Shown in pieces: positions 12,063 to 24,023 of a stretch of 64,000 bases of DNA. The position numbers and the translations under genes are program-made. Position 1 is the stretch's first letter; each line of letters opens with the position of its first letter. The DNA is from Eledone cirrhosa (lineage: Eukaryota). The stretch spans positions 336,660,001 to 336,724,000 of the forward strand of contig OZ024740.1 in the NCBI GenBank assembly GCA_964016885.1, in the 5' to 3' direction. The notes under the pieces are model-generated. The model was not told the origin of the DNA. It worked only from the letters and a program-made list of their open reading frames with translations, and made no database searches.

Positions 12063-12106
12063 TGTCAAAGTTCTTTCATCACACATTCTGTGTCCTCTTC
12101 AGTGAC
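12063..12106 (-). ncRNA. Minimal hammerhead-ribozyme-like motif, partly decayed
   Basis: Minus strand reads GTCA-CTGAAGA-GGACACA-GAA-TGTGTGAT-GAAAG-AA-CTT-TGAC. Stem I is GTCA/TGAC, helix III is AG/CT with a CUU triplet, and the base of stem II is mismatched. Confidence 0.55.
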
Positions 12107-12574
12107 TGGGGATTCTTTTCTTATATATATATATATATAACGAAGGAGTTGTGGTAAGGAACCAGATGGACCATAACGCACCAGAGTACTCAATACTGAG
12201 TCCAGAAATAGCCGTCGAAACGGCTTAAGCTCTGCCGTCGGGGTCATACTTTTTCCTACTTATATATATATATATATATTATATAACGGGCTTCCAACTA
12301 CTTCCAACGTAATTCGCAGGCAGATTGAATGCGACACTATGTGTAACAAAGCTGGTCCATTGAAATGTGGGTACAGTCCATCAGACGGATTTCCAAACGG
12401 ATTCCGTTTAACGAATGTCACACACTATGATTGGATCAACCCGAGTCGGTGGTAAATAACACTTACTCAAGATAACACGCTGTGGAATTGAACCCTGGAC
12501 CTAATGATTGTGAAGCGAACTTCTTTACCTTTCTGTCATACTGCAACCACGGATTGATTAATGCTTTGCAGCAT

Positions 12575-13290
12575 AGAGTTACTGTCCTTTACAGTCTGAG
12601 TTCAAATCCCGCCGAGGTTAACTTTGCCTTTAATCCCTACGGGGTCGATAAAATAAAGTACCAGTAATGCACTGAGATAATTGTTGGCCTTGTGCCAAAA
12701 GTAGAAACAATTATTATCTTAAATATATCACAAGGGCGGTGGGTTGGCAATGTTGGACAACAGGCTTTGCGGCATATAGTTACGTCCTTTTATGTTCTGA
12801 GTTCAAATCCCGTCGAGGTTAGCTTTGCTTTTCATCTCTTTGAACTCGATAAAATAAAGTACCAGTAACGTACTGAGGTCGATTTACTCGACTTCCCCCT
12901 CCCCTCAAAAAATCAGAAACCATTAAGAGTTGCCATTCTGAGTTCAAATCCCGCCGAGGTTAACTTTGCCTTTCATCCTTACGGGGTCGATAAAATAAAG
13001 TACCAGTAATGCACTGGGTAATTGCTGGCTTTGTGCCTAACGTAGAAACAATTAATTATATTAAATATATCATAGGGGAGGTGGAGTGGCAGTGTTGGAC
13101 AACAGGCTTTGCGGCATATAGTTACGTCCCTTTACGTTATAAGTTCCAATCCCGCTGAGGTTAGCTTAGCCTTTCATCCCTACAGGCTCGATAAAATAAA
13201 GTACCAGTAACGCACTGAGGTCGATTTCATCGGGTTTCCCATTACTCCAAAATTGCTGGCCTTGTGCCTAAATAAGAAACCATATTAGAT
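12575..13290 (+). mobile_element. Cluster of four copies of a tRNA-derived SINE (family A)
   Basis: Repeated GAGTTCAAATCCCG (B-box) followed by GAGGTTAACTTTGCCTTTCATCC...GTCGATAAAATAAAGTACCAGT. Confidence 0.88.
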
Positions 13291-13521
13291 ATATCATCAT
13301 CCTTTAATATTTCTACAGACAATAGTATAATGATATATTCTTTTAAGCGAACAACTCTAATGAAGCAGTCGTAATGATGAATGCCAATTTGTTTTACGGT
13401 GAAAACTACGCCGTTAATAAATCAAAAAAGTGTTGGGAGTGGTTAGAATTGGAATGATGTTTTACTGTGAAGGAAGATGGTTTGTGAGATTGTTTGTTGG
13501 CGTTTGTGTATGGGGAGCGGA

Positions 13522-14455
13522 CCTGTGTGTCTGTGTACATCTGTGTACATCTGTGTACGTCTGTGTGTCTGTGTGTGTGTGTGTACGTATGTGTGTTTGT
13601 GTGCCTGTGTGTTTGTGTGCCTGTGTGTCTGTGTACGTGTGCGCCAGTGTACCTGTGTATCTGTACGTCTGTCTGCCAGTGTGCCTGTGTGTCTGTACGT
13701 CTGTGTGCCAGTATGCCTGTGTGTACGTCTATGTGTCTGTGTGCTTGTGTACGTCTGTGTGTCTGTGTGCTTGTGTACGTATGCGTGCCAGTGTGCCATT
13801 GAGCTTGTGTACGTCTGTGTGTCTGTGTGTCTGTGTACGTCTGTGTGCTTGTGTACGTCTGTGTGTCTGTGTGTCTGTGTACGTCTGTGTGCTTGTGTAC
13901 GTCTGCGTGCCAGTGTGCCAGTGTGCCATTGAGCTTGTGTACGTCTGTGTGTCTGTGTGTCTGTGTACGTCTGTGTGCTTGTGTATGTCTGTGTGTCTGT
14001 GTGTCTGTGTGTCTGTGTACGTCTGTGTGCTTGTGTACGTCTGTGTGCTTGTGTACGTCTGCGTGCCAGTGTGCCAGTGAGCTTGTGTACGTCTGTGTGT
14101 GTGTACGTCTGTGTGTATGTGTACGTCTGTGTGTCTGTGTGCTTGTGTACGTGCGTGTGCCAGTGTGCTTGTGTACGTCTGTGTGTCTGTGTACGTCTGT
14201 GTATCTGTGGGCCTGTGTACGTGCGTATGTCTGTGTGCCAGTGTGCCACTGTACGTCTGTATACGTCTGTGTGCCTGTGTCTGTGTACGTCTGTGTGTCT
14301 GTATGTCTGTGTACGGGCGTATGTCTGTGTGCCACTGTACGTCTATGTACGTCTGTGTGCCTGTGTCTGTGTACGTCTGTGTACGTCTGTGTACGTCTGT
14401 GTGTCTATGTACGTCTGTGTGCCTGTGTCTGTGTACGTCTGTGTGTACGTGTGCC
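13522..14455. repeat. Compound (GT)-derived micro/minisatellite (GTGTACGTCTGT motifs)
   Basis: Direct observation. Confidence 0.93.
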
Positions 14456-14616
14456 TTTTATTGAATCGAGGGAGATAAGTTACTAATATATGCTCCCTAT
14501 ATGTAAGTACATACAGGTAAATGTATGTGTGAAAGCATACTATGTGTGTGTGCATGTTGTGTGTGTGAGCATGCTGTCTGTGTGTATGCGAGAGCATATT
14601 ATGTGTGTGTAATCAT

Positions 14617-14617
<1 letters not shown>

Positions 14618-14699
<82 letters not shown>

Positions 14700-15458
14700 G
14701 TGCATGAGCAAGTGTAAGTATGTGTGTATACTGGTGTGTAATTGTTGTCAATGAGGCATATTAGTATGCGTATGCGATAAGCGAACAATGTGTATGCATG
14801 CATGTGTATGTTTGTGTTTGTGCGTGTATACATGTATGTGTGTGTATGCTTGTATGTGTGTGTATGCATGTATGTGTGTGTATACATGTATATGTGTGTA
14901 TGCATGTATGTGTGTGTATATACATGTATGTGCGTGTATGCATGTATGTGTGTATGCATGTATGTGTGTGTATACATGTATATGTGTGTATGCATGTATG
15001 TGTGTGTATATACATGTATGTGCGTGTATGCATGTATGTGTGTATGCATGTATGTGAGTGTATACATGTATATGTGTGTATGCATGTATGTGTGTGTATA
15101 TACATGTATGTGCGTGTATGCATGTATGTGTGTATGCATGTATGTGTGTGTATACATGTATATGTGTGTATGCATGAATGTGAGTGTATACATGTATATG
15201 TGTGTATGCATGTATGTGTGTGTATATACATGTATGTGTGTATACATGTATATGTGTGTATGCATGTATGTGTGTGTATGCATGTATGTGCGTGTATGCA
15301 TGTATGTGTGTGTACACGTATGTGTGTATGTGTGTGTGTGTGTGTGTGTATGCATGTATGCATGTATGTGTGTGTATGCATGTATGTACATGTATACATG
15401 TATGTGTGTGTATGCATGTATGTGTGTATGTGTGTGTATGCATGTATGTGTGTGTATG
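14618..15458. repeat. (GT)n tract followed by a GTATGCATGTAT/GTATACATGTAT compound array
   Basis: Direct observation. Confidence 0.93.
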
Positions 15459-15801
15459 AGTACGTGGAGATGGGTGTTTGTGAAGTACGCAATAGGGTGT
15501 TTATCAGTGCCGTGACGGTGAAGGCAGACTTACTAAAGGAAAACAAGACAGGGTTATTATATAGTTTTAAGTGTACTTTTATACACCGAATCTAAAGATA
15601 AAATCAGATTTCTCTTATCGGGTTTTATCTGCTGATGCTATGTTCATTTTTCCCCTCACTTAATATAATCACCGAATAAGACTCGAATGATATATTATTT
15701 TACTTAATATAATTATAATTAGATATTTTAATATCAATATATATGTTGTGTTAATGTTTTATGCAAAATCAGTACATTTTATACTTTTGGGTAGAAAGTT
15801 C

Positions 15802-15996
15802 CAGACCTGCCAACCTCTAAAAACCCAAACGGCGAGTACCATAAAAAAAATTGCCTGAAAACGGAGAGAAATGAGGCAAAATGGGGAGATTTTACGTAAT
15901 GAAAGCTATACCCATTTTCACAAGAGAAGACATCTCTCACCCACACCAAAGTGGGTAGGAAATGTCCCCGTCGGATGGGGTGAGTTGATAGGTCTG
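15802..15996. mobile_element. 195-bp MITE with 6-bp TSD (copy 1)
   Basis: TIRs CAGACCTGCCAAC / GTTGATAGGTCTG, with AAGTTC on both flanks (15796-15801, 15997-16002). Confidence 0.9.
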
Positions 15997-16196
15997 AAGT
16001 TCTGATCATTCTGGCAGGATAAGTTTAGTCAGAACAGCAGAATGTGCAAGTTGAAACATGTATATCATTGTTCAGATGTGAGCGTAGTGTCTGTAGGTAA
16101 AGCAGCTTCAAGTCAGCCTGTTTGTACATGCCAGTGTTAACAGCAAGTGTGTGTAGCTCCTAGTTGATTTTACACCAGTGTTGTGTTCATGTAGAT

Positions 16197-16561
16197 CAGA
16201 GGTTCTCAAACATTTTTGGGCCACTGCCTCCCTCATGGCCAGGTAATACTCTCAGCGCTCCCCAACCCTATTTCCAGAGAGACCTACCTACACGCAAATT
16301 GTAAATAATATATAATAAATAAAATTGTTAATTCATATATAATAAATAATATAATATATACTATGTATAAATAAATATTATTATATATTTTTTTATTTTT
16401 CTATATTTATATATATGTATCATTTGATATTTAATATACTATTATATCATCTCTACCACTACCACTTCCCCCACCGCCCCACTACCCCCCTGAACCTTCT
16501 CAACGCCGCCCCCTCCCCTGGTGGGGGGGGGGGGGGGCAGTGCCCACTTTGAGAACCTCTG
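16197..16561. mobile_element. 365-bp hAT (Charlie-like) MITE
   Basis: 14-bp TIRs CAGAGGTTCTCAAA / TTTGAGAACCTCTG. The 8-bp TSD ATGTAGAT/ATCTAGAT has 1 mismatch and fits the nTCTAGAn target typical of Charlie. Confidence 0.9.
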
Positions 16562-16586
16562 ATCTAGATGATTTGTTAAACTCATT

Positions 16587-17796
16587 TGTTAAATTCATTC
16601 TAATTATTTCTGTTATGTATGTGTCGATGTAACTTTAAAATTCCAGAAACGTAATTTTACACAATTGGTAAAAAATAAATGCTAAAAACTTTGTTTCGGG
16701 TGTAAAGTGGATGGTCAGGACAACATTGGGACCACCTATATTCTTTGTGTTACATGAATGAGTCTACAAATAAATTAGTTAAAGATTTCACGTCACGCCA
16801 GCTGCTTTTCTACTGATTTGGATGGAACTCACAAGTCATAAAACAGACTGTTGTTTTTGCCTTGTAAGTATAAAAGAATGGAGAAATTTAAAAAACTTAG
16901 AACTTAATTAAAATAATCTGTTTTAATTCCCCACAGGGCTGAACTTCTAGGGATGTGGACTCAAATGAAAGATGGAGCATAAACCAAGGAAAAAGATGAA
17001 AATCTTTCTGATCCAAAGTTCCGTTCTTTCAATAAACTACATTTACTGTCACAAGATGATTTAGATGACCAAGTTCACAGTATGAATTTATCTAAGAGAC
17101 AGGCAGAAATATTAAAGAGTGGAAATCTACTGCAATTTGAAACTAAAGTTTGTTATTTCTGCCGACACCATGACGAATTCAAAGAATAGTTCTCGCAAGA
17201 CAGAATTGTGTTTTTTAACGATGTTTATTTAGTCATAAGAGCTCTTTGTCATGAACATAATGTGAATGAGTAGTCATTGTTCATTGTTCAATAATTCTTC
17301 AAAAGTCAGCTTGAATGCAATCATTTTTCATAACTGAAATAAACTCCCTTCCGTACATATTGCACAAGTAGTCAAAGTGTCATACGTAAATATTAAATTG
17401 CATTGAAAAAAGTTCATTACCAAAAATATAAGTGGAATAACCGTGAAGGTCATTGCCAGACCTGTCAACTCTCCCCTTCCGACGGGGAGATCTCCCACTC
17501 ACTTTGGGGTGAGTGAGGGTGTATTCTCTCGTGAAAATGGGTATAGCTTTCATTATGTAAAATCTCCTCATTTTCCTTCATTTTTCTCCGTTTTGGGGAA
17601 CTTTTTTATGGTAGTCCCCGTTTGGATTTTTTGAGGTTGGCAGGTCTGCATTGCACTTTTGATAGGATTACAGCTAAATTACACCAAGTACTCTTATTGT
17701 ATTTTATGTAAATGGGACAGCAGGGAAAAGCAAAACCAATAGGTAGAATTGGTCAAAACGTACCCTACCCACTTGTTAACCCTGAGGAAATGTTCC
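16587..17796 (+). pseudogene. Decayed DNA transposase, Chapaev3 (CMC)-like, interrupted by a MITE
   Basis: Collinear frameshifted motifs NYFCYVC, FGCKVDGQD, TDCCFCLV, HLLSQDDLDD..MNLSKRQAEIL, SKVSLNAIIFHN*NKLPS, KVIA|LLIGLQLNYTKY..C.LCKWDSR, PLVNPEE. There are multiple stops. The family name is from recall, not a search. Confidence 0.75.
17457..17648. mobile_element. 192-bp MITE with 6-bp TSD (copy 2, inverted relative to copy 1)
   Basis: TIRs CAGACCTGTCAAC / GTTGGCAGGTCTG, with CATTGC on both flanks (17451-17456, 17649-17654). The interior is the reverse complement of 15802-15996. Confidence 0.92.
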
Positions 17797-18267
17797 AGAG
17801 TCGATTACAGTCGAATTGTTTTGTTTTAATTATATAACTGGTAATACCTGTTGTAAGAAGTAATAATCTTAGTATTTGACTGATACTTATTTTATCGAAC
17901 CTCAGAAAGATGAAAGACAAAGTCGACCTGGGCGAGATTTCAACTCAGAATGTTAGGGGTGTAACTAAATACTAAAAGGCATTTTGTCTGTCATTCAATC
18001 AAATCAAGCTATCCTTCCAACAATAGAAAAGGAGAGACACTGTGTGATCGCTTGATCTAGAAATAGCAACAGCATTTCCCTCAGAATAACACCCGACAAA
18101 TTTTTGAAAGGGAAAAACATTAGACAATAGAGTCCTAGATATCACTAAAACGACAGAAGAGTCATGGCTGGAAAGTCTTTGAGTAGGGGACTGCTCCAAC
18201 AATATAAACTTGGGGTTAAACAACAACAACAATGACAACTCGTATTTATGTTATCGACTTCAAAGAC

Positions 18268-18510
18268 TACGGGCATGTGGTTAGAATGTACCAGGAAATA
18301 ATCGCTGGACAGAATTTAAGGACAAAACCAGCCGGCAAGAGGCCCATGGGTAGACCCCAAGCAAGATGGTTGGATAACATCCATGAGCTTCGCCGGATTA
18401 GTTAGAGATGGTTGCTTCTGACAGTACCCGTTGGAAGGAGTGTTTGAGGATTCTGCCCTCACGACCTTCTCAGGAATAAGTGGGTGAAGAAAAAGAAGAA
18501 GAAGAAGAGA
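18268..18510 (+). mobile_element. 3' end of an RTE-clade LINE
   Basis: Translates as YGHVVRM...GKRPMGRPQARWLDNI and ends in a (GAA)n tail. Confidence 0.8.
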
Positions 18511-19259
18511 CATGATTTGAACTTAGCAATAGGATGTCCCAGTCTGTATACTATATACTAAATCTAGTGGCTCGGCTTTCGACCGCCTGCAGCCTTCTTT
18601 TCCTTTCACCCCTATATTATCTCAATGGATTAGTCCTATAGATATCTACCATAGATTTTTGGTTTTAAAATAAATGTTGATAGCGCTGTAAACATATGCG
18701 ATAAGTAGATGGAATGGTATTGCTCTATCCTGCAATATATATGTGTGTGTGGAGAGAGAAGCACTTATACACATGCTTATATACATGTATATATACACAA
18801 ACACACCAACAAAACAAACTGAGGCGCATACACTAGAACACAGTCAATCATCCCAACATACGCATTTATACACGGCTCTATCATCAATGCGATAAAAACA
18901 CTTGATAGTCAGAAACAGAACGGAAATATATTAATCTGAAGAGATGAAAAATTCCTGAAATATATCCAAAACTGGAATCATATTATATTCTCGTATTCTT
19001 TCAAAATATTTCACCAATATCATTTCCCCATGCTATCTGTATATCTAAAAAAGAAAATATGGATGTTGCCATTGGTTTCAACCATGAGAATTCTGGTTGT
19101 TTGATCAGTAGAATTACCTGTTCATTGTATTTTAGCAGCGAATCTTAAACGTTTTAAACCATCGACCCCTTCGAGGAATCTTTGGCCACTCATCGACCCA
19201 AAGTATGTAGGAAAATAAATAAATAGATAAATAAATAAATAAATAAATAAATCAGTAAA

Positions 19260-19594
19260 AAAAAAGACCTCCTTCAGTCACGAGTGACCATGGGATTTGC
19301 ACTAGAAAGTTGCCCTCCGAGTAACAAGTCCGGGCAAGGTTGTTTGTGGAAAACCAGCAGTTTCCCATGTATACCAGTCTTCCCTCTCCACGCCACCGAT
19401 GTTGTCCAAGGGAAAGGCAATGGCCGATACAGCTTGGCACCAGTGACGTCGCAACTCATTTCTACAGCTGAGTAAACTGGAGAAGTGTGAAATAAAGTGC
19501 CTTGAACACAACACACAGCTCGTTCTGGGAAAAGAACTCACAACCTCACGATTGTAAGTCCGACGCTCTAACCACTAAGCCATGCACCTTCACC
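19260..19594 (-). mobile_element. Near full-length tRNA-derived SINE (family B, CORE-like centre) with 20-bp TSD
   Basis: The head GTGAAGGTGCATGGCTTAGTGGTTAGAGCGTCGG lies on the minus strand, with a CTCCAGTTTACTCAGCTGTAGAAATG core. TAAATAAATAAATCAGTAAA is duplicated at 19240-19259 and 19595-19614. Confidence 0.88.
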
Positions 19595-19749
19595 TAAATA
19601 AATAAATCAGTAAAGACAATACAAATAGACAATAAAGAATAATTATGTATAATTTATTTTTAATTTATTCAACCCAACAAGGTAATAAATCCACTAAAAC
19701 GCAAAGGGTTACTGAGAAGGGGGAAAGACAAGACAGATAGAACATAATT

Positions 19750-20362
19750 CAAGGAGACAGGTGATAAACTGAAGTTACTAGTAGTCATGAAAGTCAGAAG
19801 TCGGAAGAGAATTCCATGGGTGAGATGTGTTAGGGGAAAATATCAGAAGAGAATTTGCGATTACATTTAGGAACTCCAACTGTAAATAGATGAAACCTAG
19901 CCACCAACTGTAAATACAGGAAACCTAGCTAACAACTGTAAATACAGGAAACCTAGCCACCAACTATAAATAGATGAAACCTAGCCACCTACTGTAAATA
20001 GAGGAAACCTAGCCACCAACTGTAAATAGAGGAAACCTAGCTACCAACTGTAAATAAAGGTAACCTAGCTACCAACTGTAAATAGAGGAAACCTAGCCAC
20101 TAACTGTAAATAGAGGAAACCTAGCTACCAACTGTAAATACAGGAAACCTAGCTACCAACTGTAAATAGAGGAAACCTAGCTACCAACTGTAAATAGAGG
20201 AAACCTAGCTACCAACTGTAAATATAGGAAACCTAGCTACCAACTGTAAATATAGGAAACCTAGCCACCAATCTGGTGCTCGTTTAAACTTATGAAGTAA
20301 CAAAGAGAAAAGCTCATCAGAATAATTCCCATGAAAATATTTATAGAAAATTTAGAAACCAG
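19750..20362 (-). mobile_element. 3' end of a CR1/L2-like LINE ORF2, containing a minisatellite
   Basis: Minus strand gives IFYKYFHGNYSDELFSLL...RFHLFTVGVPKCNRKF...WNSLP, typical of the ORF2 C-terminus in this group. Confidence 0.72.
19876..20271. repeat. 28-bp minisatellite, about 14 copies (AACTGTAAATAGAGGAAACCTAGCYACC)
   Basis: Direct observation of a 28-bp period (19878, 19906, ...). Confidence 0.95.
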
Positions 20363-21294
20363 TATAAGCAAGTTGTATGATTTAGTGTGTTTTCATTTCC
20401 TATACAAATGTCAGGTTTGGGTTCAAAATTCCAATTAACCCCATGGGTAATCCCATGAACCCTTAGAAGTCGATTTGGACAACTTTGGGGACCCTTCTAT
20501 TATAGTGTAATTGACTAAATATTCCGCAGACATTTGATACCCTTAACGAAATATTCAAACAGAATCATCGGAGACATCTTGTCAATGCTGGCCTGTTAAC
20601 ATACAGATACATTTCATTTCATAATATAGTGTAAGTAGCTGAATATTCCACAGACACGTGTACTCTTAACATAATCCTCGGGCAAAATCAGAATAATAGA
20701 GTGTGTGAGAGAGAGTGGGTGGAGAAACAGAGAGGTGGGGGAGAGAGAGAGAGAGAGAAGGCTGGTACTTTGACTTACCAGTACAATCCATAACTAACAG
20801 GTTTTCATACAGCTTGAGTCTTTCTTTGCATTACAGTATATAACTAGCTGTATTTACAGAATAACTAAACTGTATTTACATGATATATTCCATAAATAAA
20901 ATTGATTTGACTAGCTGAATATTACACAATCATTTGTAATTTTAATCTAAATCTTCAACAGATTTTGTGTAACACTGTGCGACAAGTCTTTCAATTTACC
21001 CGGTTTCATTCACAAAGATTGAATCTACTCGAGGTTATGGAAGAAAACACTTTCCCAAGATGCCCCTGCGGTGAAAGTGAATGTAGGACCTTATAAACTT
21101 TAATCAAGCTTTTAAACCAATCAGCTATGTCAACATTGCTTATAGTCATATTTATTCACATCTCGGAAAGACCAACCCTATTATTTTACAGCTATAATTT
21201 TATATTACGGGCTGTTTGAAACCTATTTCAATCACCTCCTCAGTCACCACCTTACCTCCATTCCTGTCACCCTTCTTTCACCAGCTCTATTACC

Positions 21295-21890
21295 AGTTCT
21301 ATCACCATACTATCACCACTCTATCACCACTCTATCACCACTCTATCACCACTCTATTACCAACTCAACCACTACCCCAATCGTCACCTCCATCACCACT
21401 ACATCATCACTCCAATCACCACCTCTATCACCACTCCCATTAACACCTCTGTCACCACTCTATCACCACCACTCCATCACCACCACTCCAACACTACTCC
21501 ATCACGACTCCCATCACCACCTCGATCACCACTCCCATCACCACCTCGATCACCACTCCCATCACCACCTCAATCACCACTCCCATCACCACCTCAATCA
21601 CCACTCCCATCACCACCTCAATCACCACTCCCATCACCACCTCGATCACCACCCCCATCACCACCTCGATAACCATTCCCATTACCACCACAATCACCAC
21701 ATCCATCACCATCTCTAACACCACTACTGTATCCCCACCTCCATCACCACCACAATCACCACCACAATCCCCACCTCCATCTCCACTACAATCGCCGCCA
21801 TAATCCTCACCTCCAACATCACTACTGTATCACCACTCCCATCGCCACCCCAATCAACTCACCTATCCTTGCTTCCATCACCCCCTCTGT
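21295..21890. repeat. ATCACC-rich low-complexity tract with a 24-bp tandem core
   Basis: CCATCACCACCTCRATCACCACTC is repeated at about 21500-21700. Confidence 0.88.
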
Positions 21891-22396
21891 CAGCTGTATT
21901 GCCAACGTGGTTGCTCAAGTACCTAGAAATAACAGCCAAACCTCCTTTGTGTCTCATGTTACCACCTTAAAATGAGACACGAGCAGTAAATACAATTGGA
22001 CAGTATAGTCTTAGAGATACAAAAGGACAGACAGTATGGTGACAATTGGAACACTTCTGGAACACTTTGGGAACACTTGATCAAACCTTGGTGAGATACA
22101 AAGGTCTGTTAAAAAGTTTGTAGGCTGACCAAGATACTCTCATGGAATAACCACATGAGGTTTATTTTTCAACATAATCCGTGGAAGAAAAAAAAACAAA
22201 GCAGTTATTAATAAGAAGAATTGAAATTAATGCATGCAAGATTTAGCAGCACTAGCATCACTCCTTCATAGTCAGCTCATGATCTTTTCAGTCGACCCTC
22301 GTATAAGCCAGGTATCTTTCTCCCTCACCCCTCTCTTCTTCTTCTTCTTCTTCTTCTTCTTCTTCTTCTTTCCAGAGCACGATTGATCCTCTATCG

Positions 22397-22545
22397 CAGG
22401 CATGGGCCACCTTTTTCGAGCAGTGGGCCGCAGAGTATGTGGCCTTATTATAAGGCGGGCTGCACTACTAAAAAAATTCAAGGCAATTTTCAAATTAAGC
22501 ATGCCATTCAGAAAGCCAAACTGGTAAAAGGTTTTCCCATGACTG
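22397..22545. mobile_element. 149-bp hAT MITE with perfect 8-bp TSD
   Basis: Ends CAGGCATGGG / CCCATGACTG, with CTCTATCG on both flanks. A second copy lies at 39298-39434. Confidence 0.87.
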
Positions 22546-23063
22546 CTCTATCGATTCAAACGATGAACTTTCAGTTGTTCTCCAAGCTGAACGTCCAGCA
22601 TGTGAATTAACGTGCAAGTGGTTGAGTATTCCGTAGATATGTACCCCCTAAATGAAATTCCCCAAATCGACTTATCGTTATAGAGTATGTGACAATGTTG
22701 AATCTTTGAATTACAGGTATAATCTATTTGAAGGGCTTCCATGCAGTTCCCGTCCATCCAATTTCACTCACAAGGCTTAAATCAACTAGAGGCTAAGGTA
22801 AAGACTCTTGACCAAGATGTCACGCAATGGTATCGAATCCAGAGTCTCGTGATTATGAAGCGAACACTTTGATAATTCGGCCAGTTATATACAACATGTA
22901 GAAATAATTGTTTCTAGTATAGACACAAGGCCAGTAATTTGGGGAGAGAAGAAAGTCGATTAAATCGACCCCAGTATGTTACTGGTGCATGGCGTCTGAC
23001 GCTCTACCGATACTGCCAATCCACCACCATAGAACATATAGAACTAGAGTTATAAAGACCAAA

Positions 23064-23106
<43 letters not shown>

Positions 23107-23574
23107 CACTCATTCACCCACACTCTCTCTCTCTATCCCCTTTTTAACGCATAGCTACACAACACTTACTTCATGGTAAAATATAGTAAAAGAAATTATT
23201 TATCCAAAACACTTTTCTTATTGTAATAGAATTTGTAAGTTAATGTTTGTCGTTCATTGCTAGAAGAAGGCCAACTCAATTAAATTATAGATAACAGCAC
23301 ATTATACCAGAAGCATGCAAAAATGTTTATAGCTTTCTACTTTTCTTTGAGAAAACTTCAAAGTATTAGATATTGTTTACAACAGTTAATGGTGGGATAT
23401 AACACTCTGAATAGCCACATTTTTGTGCTGGATATTAAAACTAAATATTATTTGATAAGATAACATTTTGAGGAACATGCTGATAAGATATTTTGTTTTG
23501 CCATCATAATCTCACCAAAGAGAAGATTCTTTGTGTGCAGCTATATATATTATGTGGTGGGGTGTATGTGTACG

Positions 23575-23610
<36 letters not shown>

Positions 23611-23611
<1 letters not shown>

Positions 23612-23821
23612 AAAAGGTAAACAGAAATAACAACACAATCGGTACAGTATATGGAAGGTATATATTAGGTTAACGCTTGATATAGCAAGAAGAGGGTCTT
23701 AACGTTTCGGACGCTAGTCCTTCATCAGAAGAAAGAATGAGAAATAAAATAGATTAAGGAGACGGGCGGGATGGAATTGGAAAAAATATCTTTAGATAAA
23801 AATAATAGGTCGATTCATGTT

Positions 23822-23826
<5 letters not shown>
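23611..23826 (-). mobile_element. About 216-bp hammerhead-bearing repeat (Penelope-like pseudo-LTR or retrozyme-like), copy 1
   Basis: Nearly identical to 34159-34375, flanked by (TA)n/(TG)n tracts, and contains a hammerhead motif. Confidence 0.7.
23697..23732 (-). ncRNA. Minimal type I hammerhead ribozyme
   Basis: TCTT-CTGATGA-A-GGAC-TAGC-GTCC-GAAAC-GTT-AAGA shows canonical CUGAUGA and GAAA boxes, stem II GGAC/GUCC, a palindromic AACGUU helix III and stem I UCUU/AAGA. Confidence 0.82.
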
Positions 23827-23882
<56 letters not shown>

Positions 23883-23949
23883 GGATGTGTGTGTATGTTG
23901 TGTGTTTATAGTGAAGAGGTGTTCCCGGTCCTTGTACCGTGGACACTCC

Positions 23950-24023
<74 letters not shown>

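Noticed and set aside
13406-15595. His/Thr- and Cys/Val-rich ORFs
   Set aside because: These are translations of GT-derived microsatellites.
18936-18966. Hammerhead-like CTGAAGA...GAAATATATC (similar weak cases at about 11728 and 30100)
   Set aside because: Stems I and II do not pair convincingly, or the core boxes are mutated.
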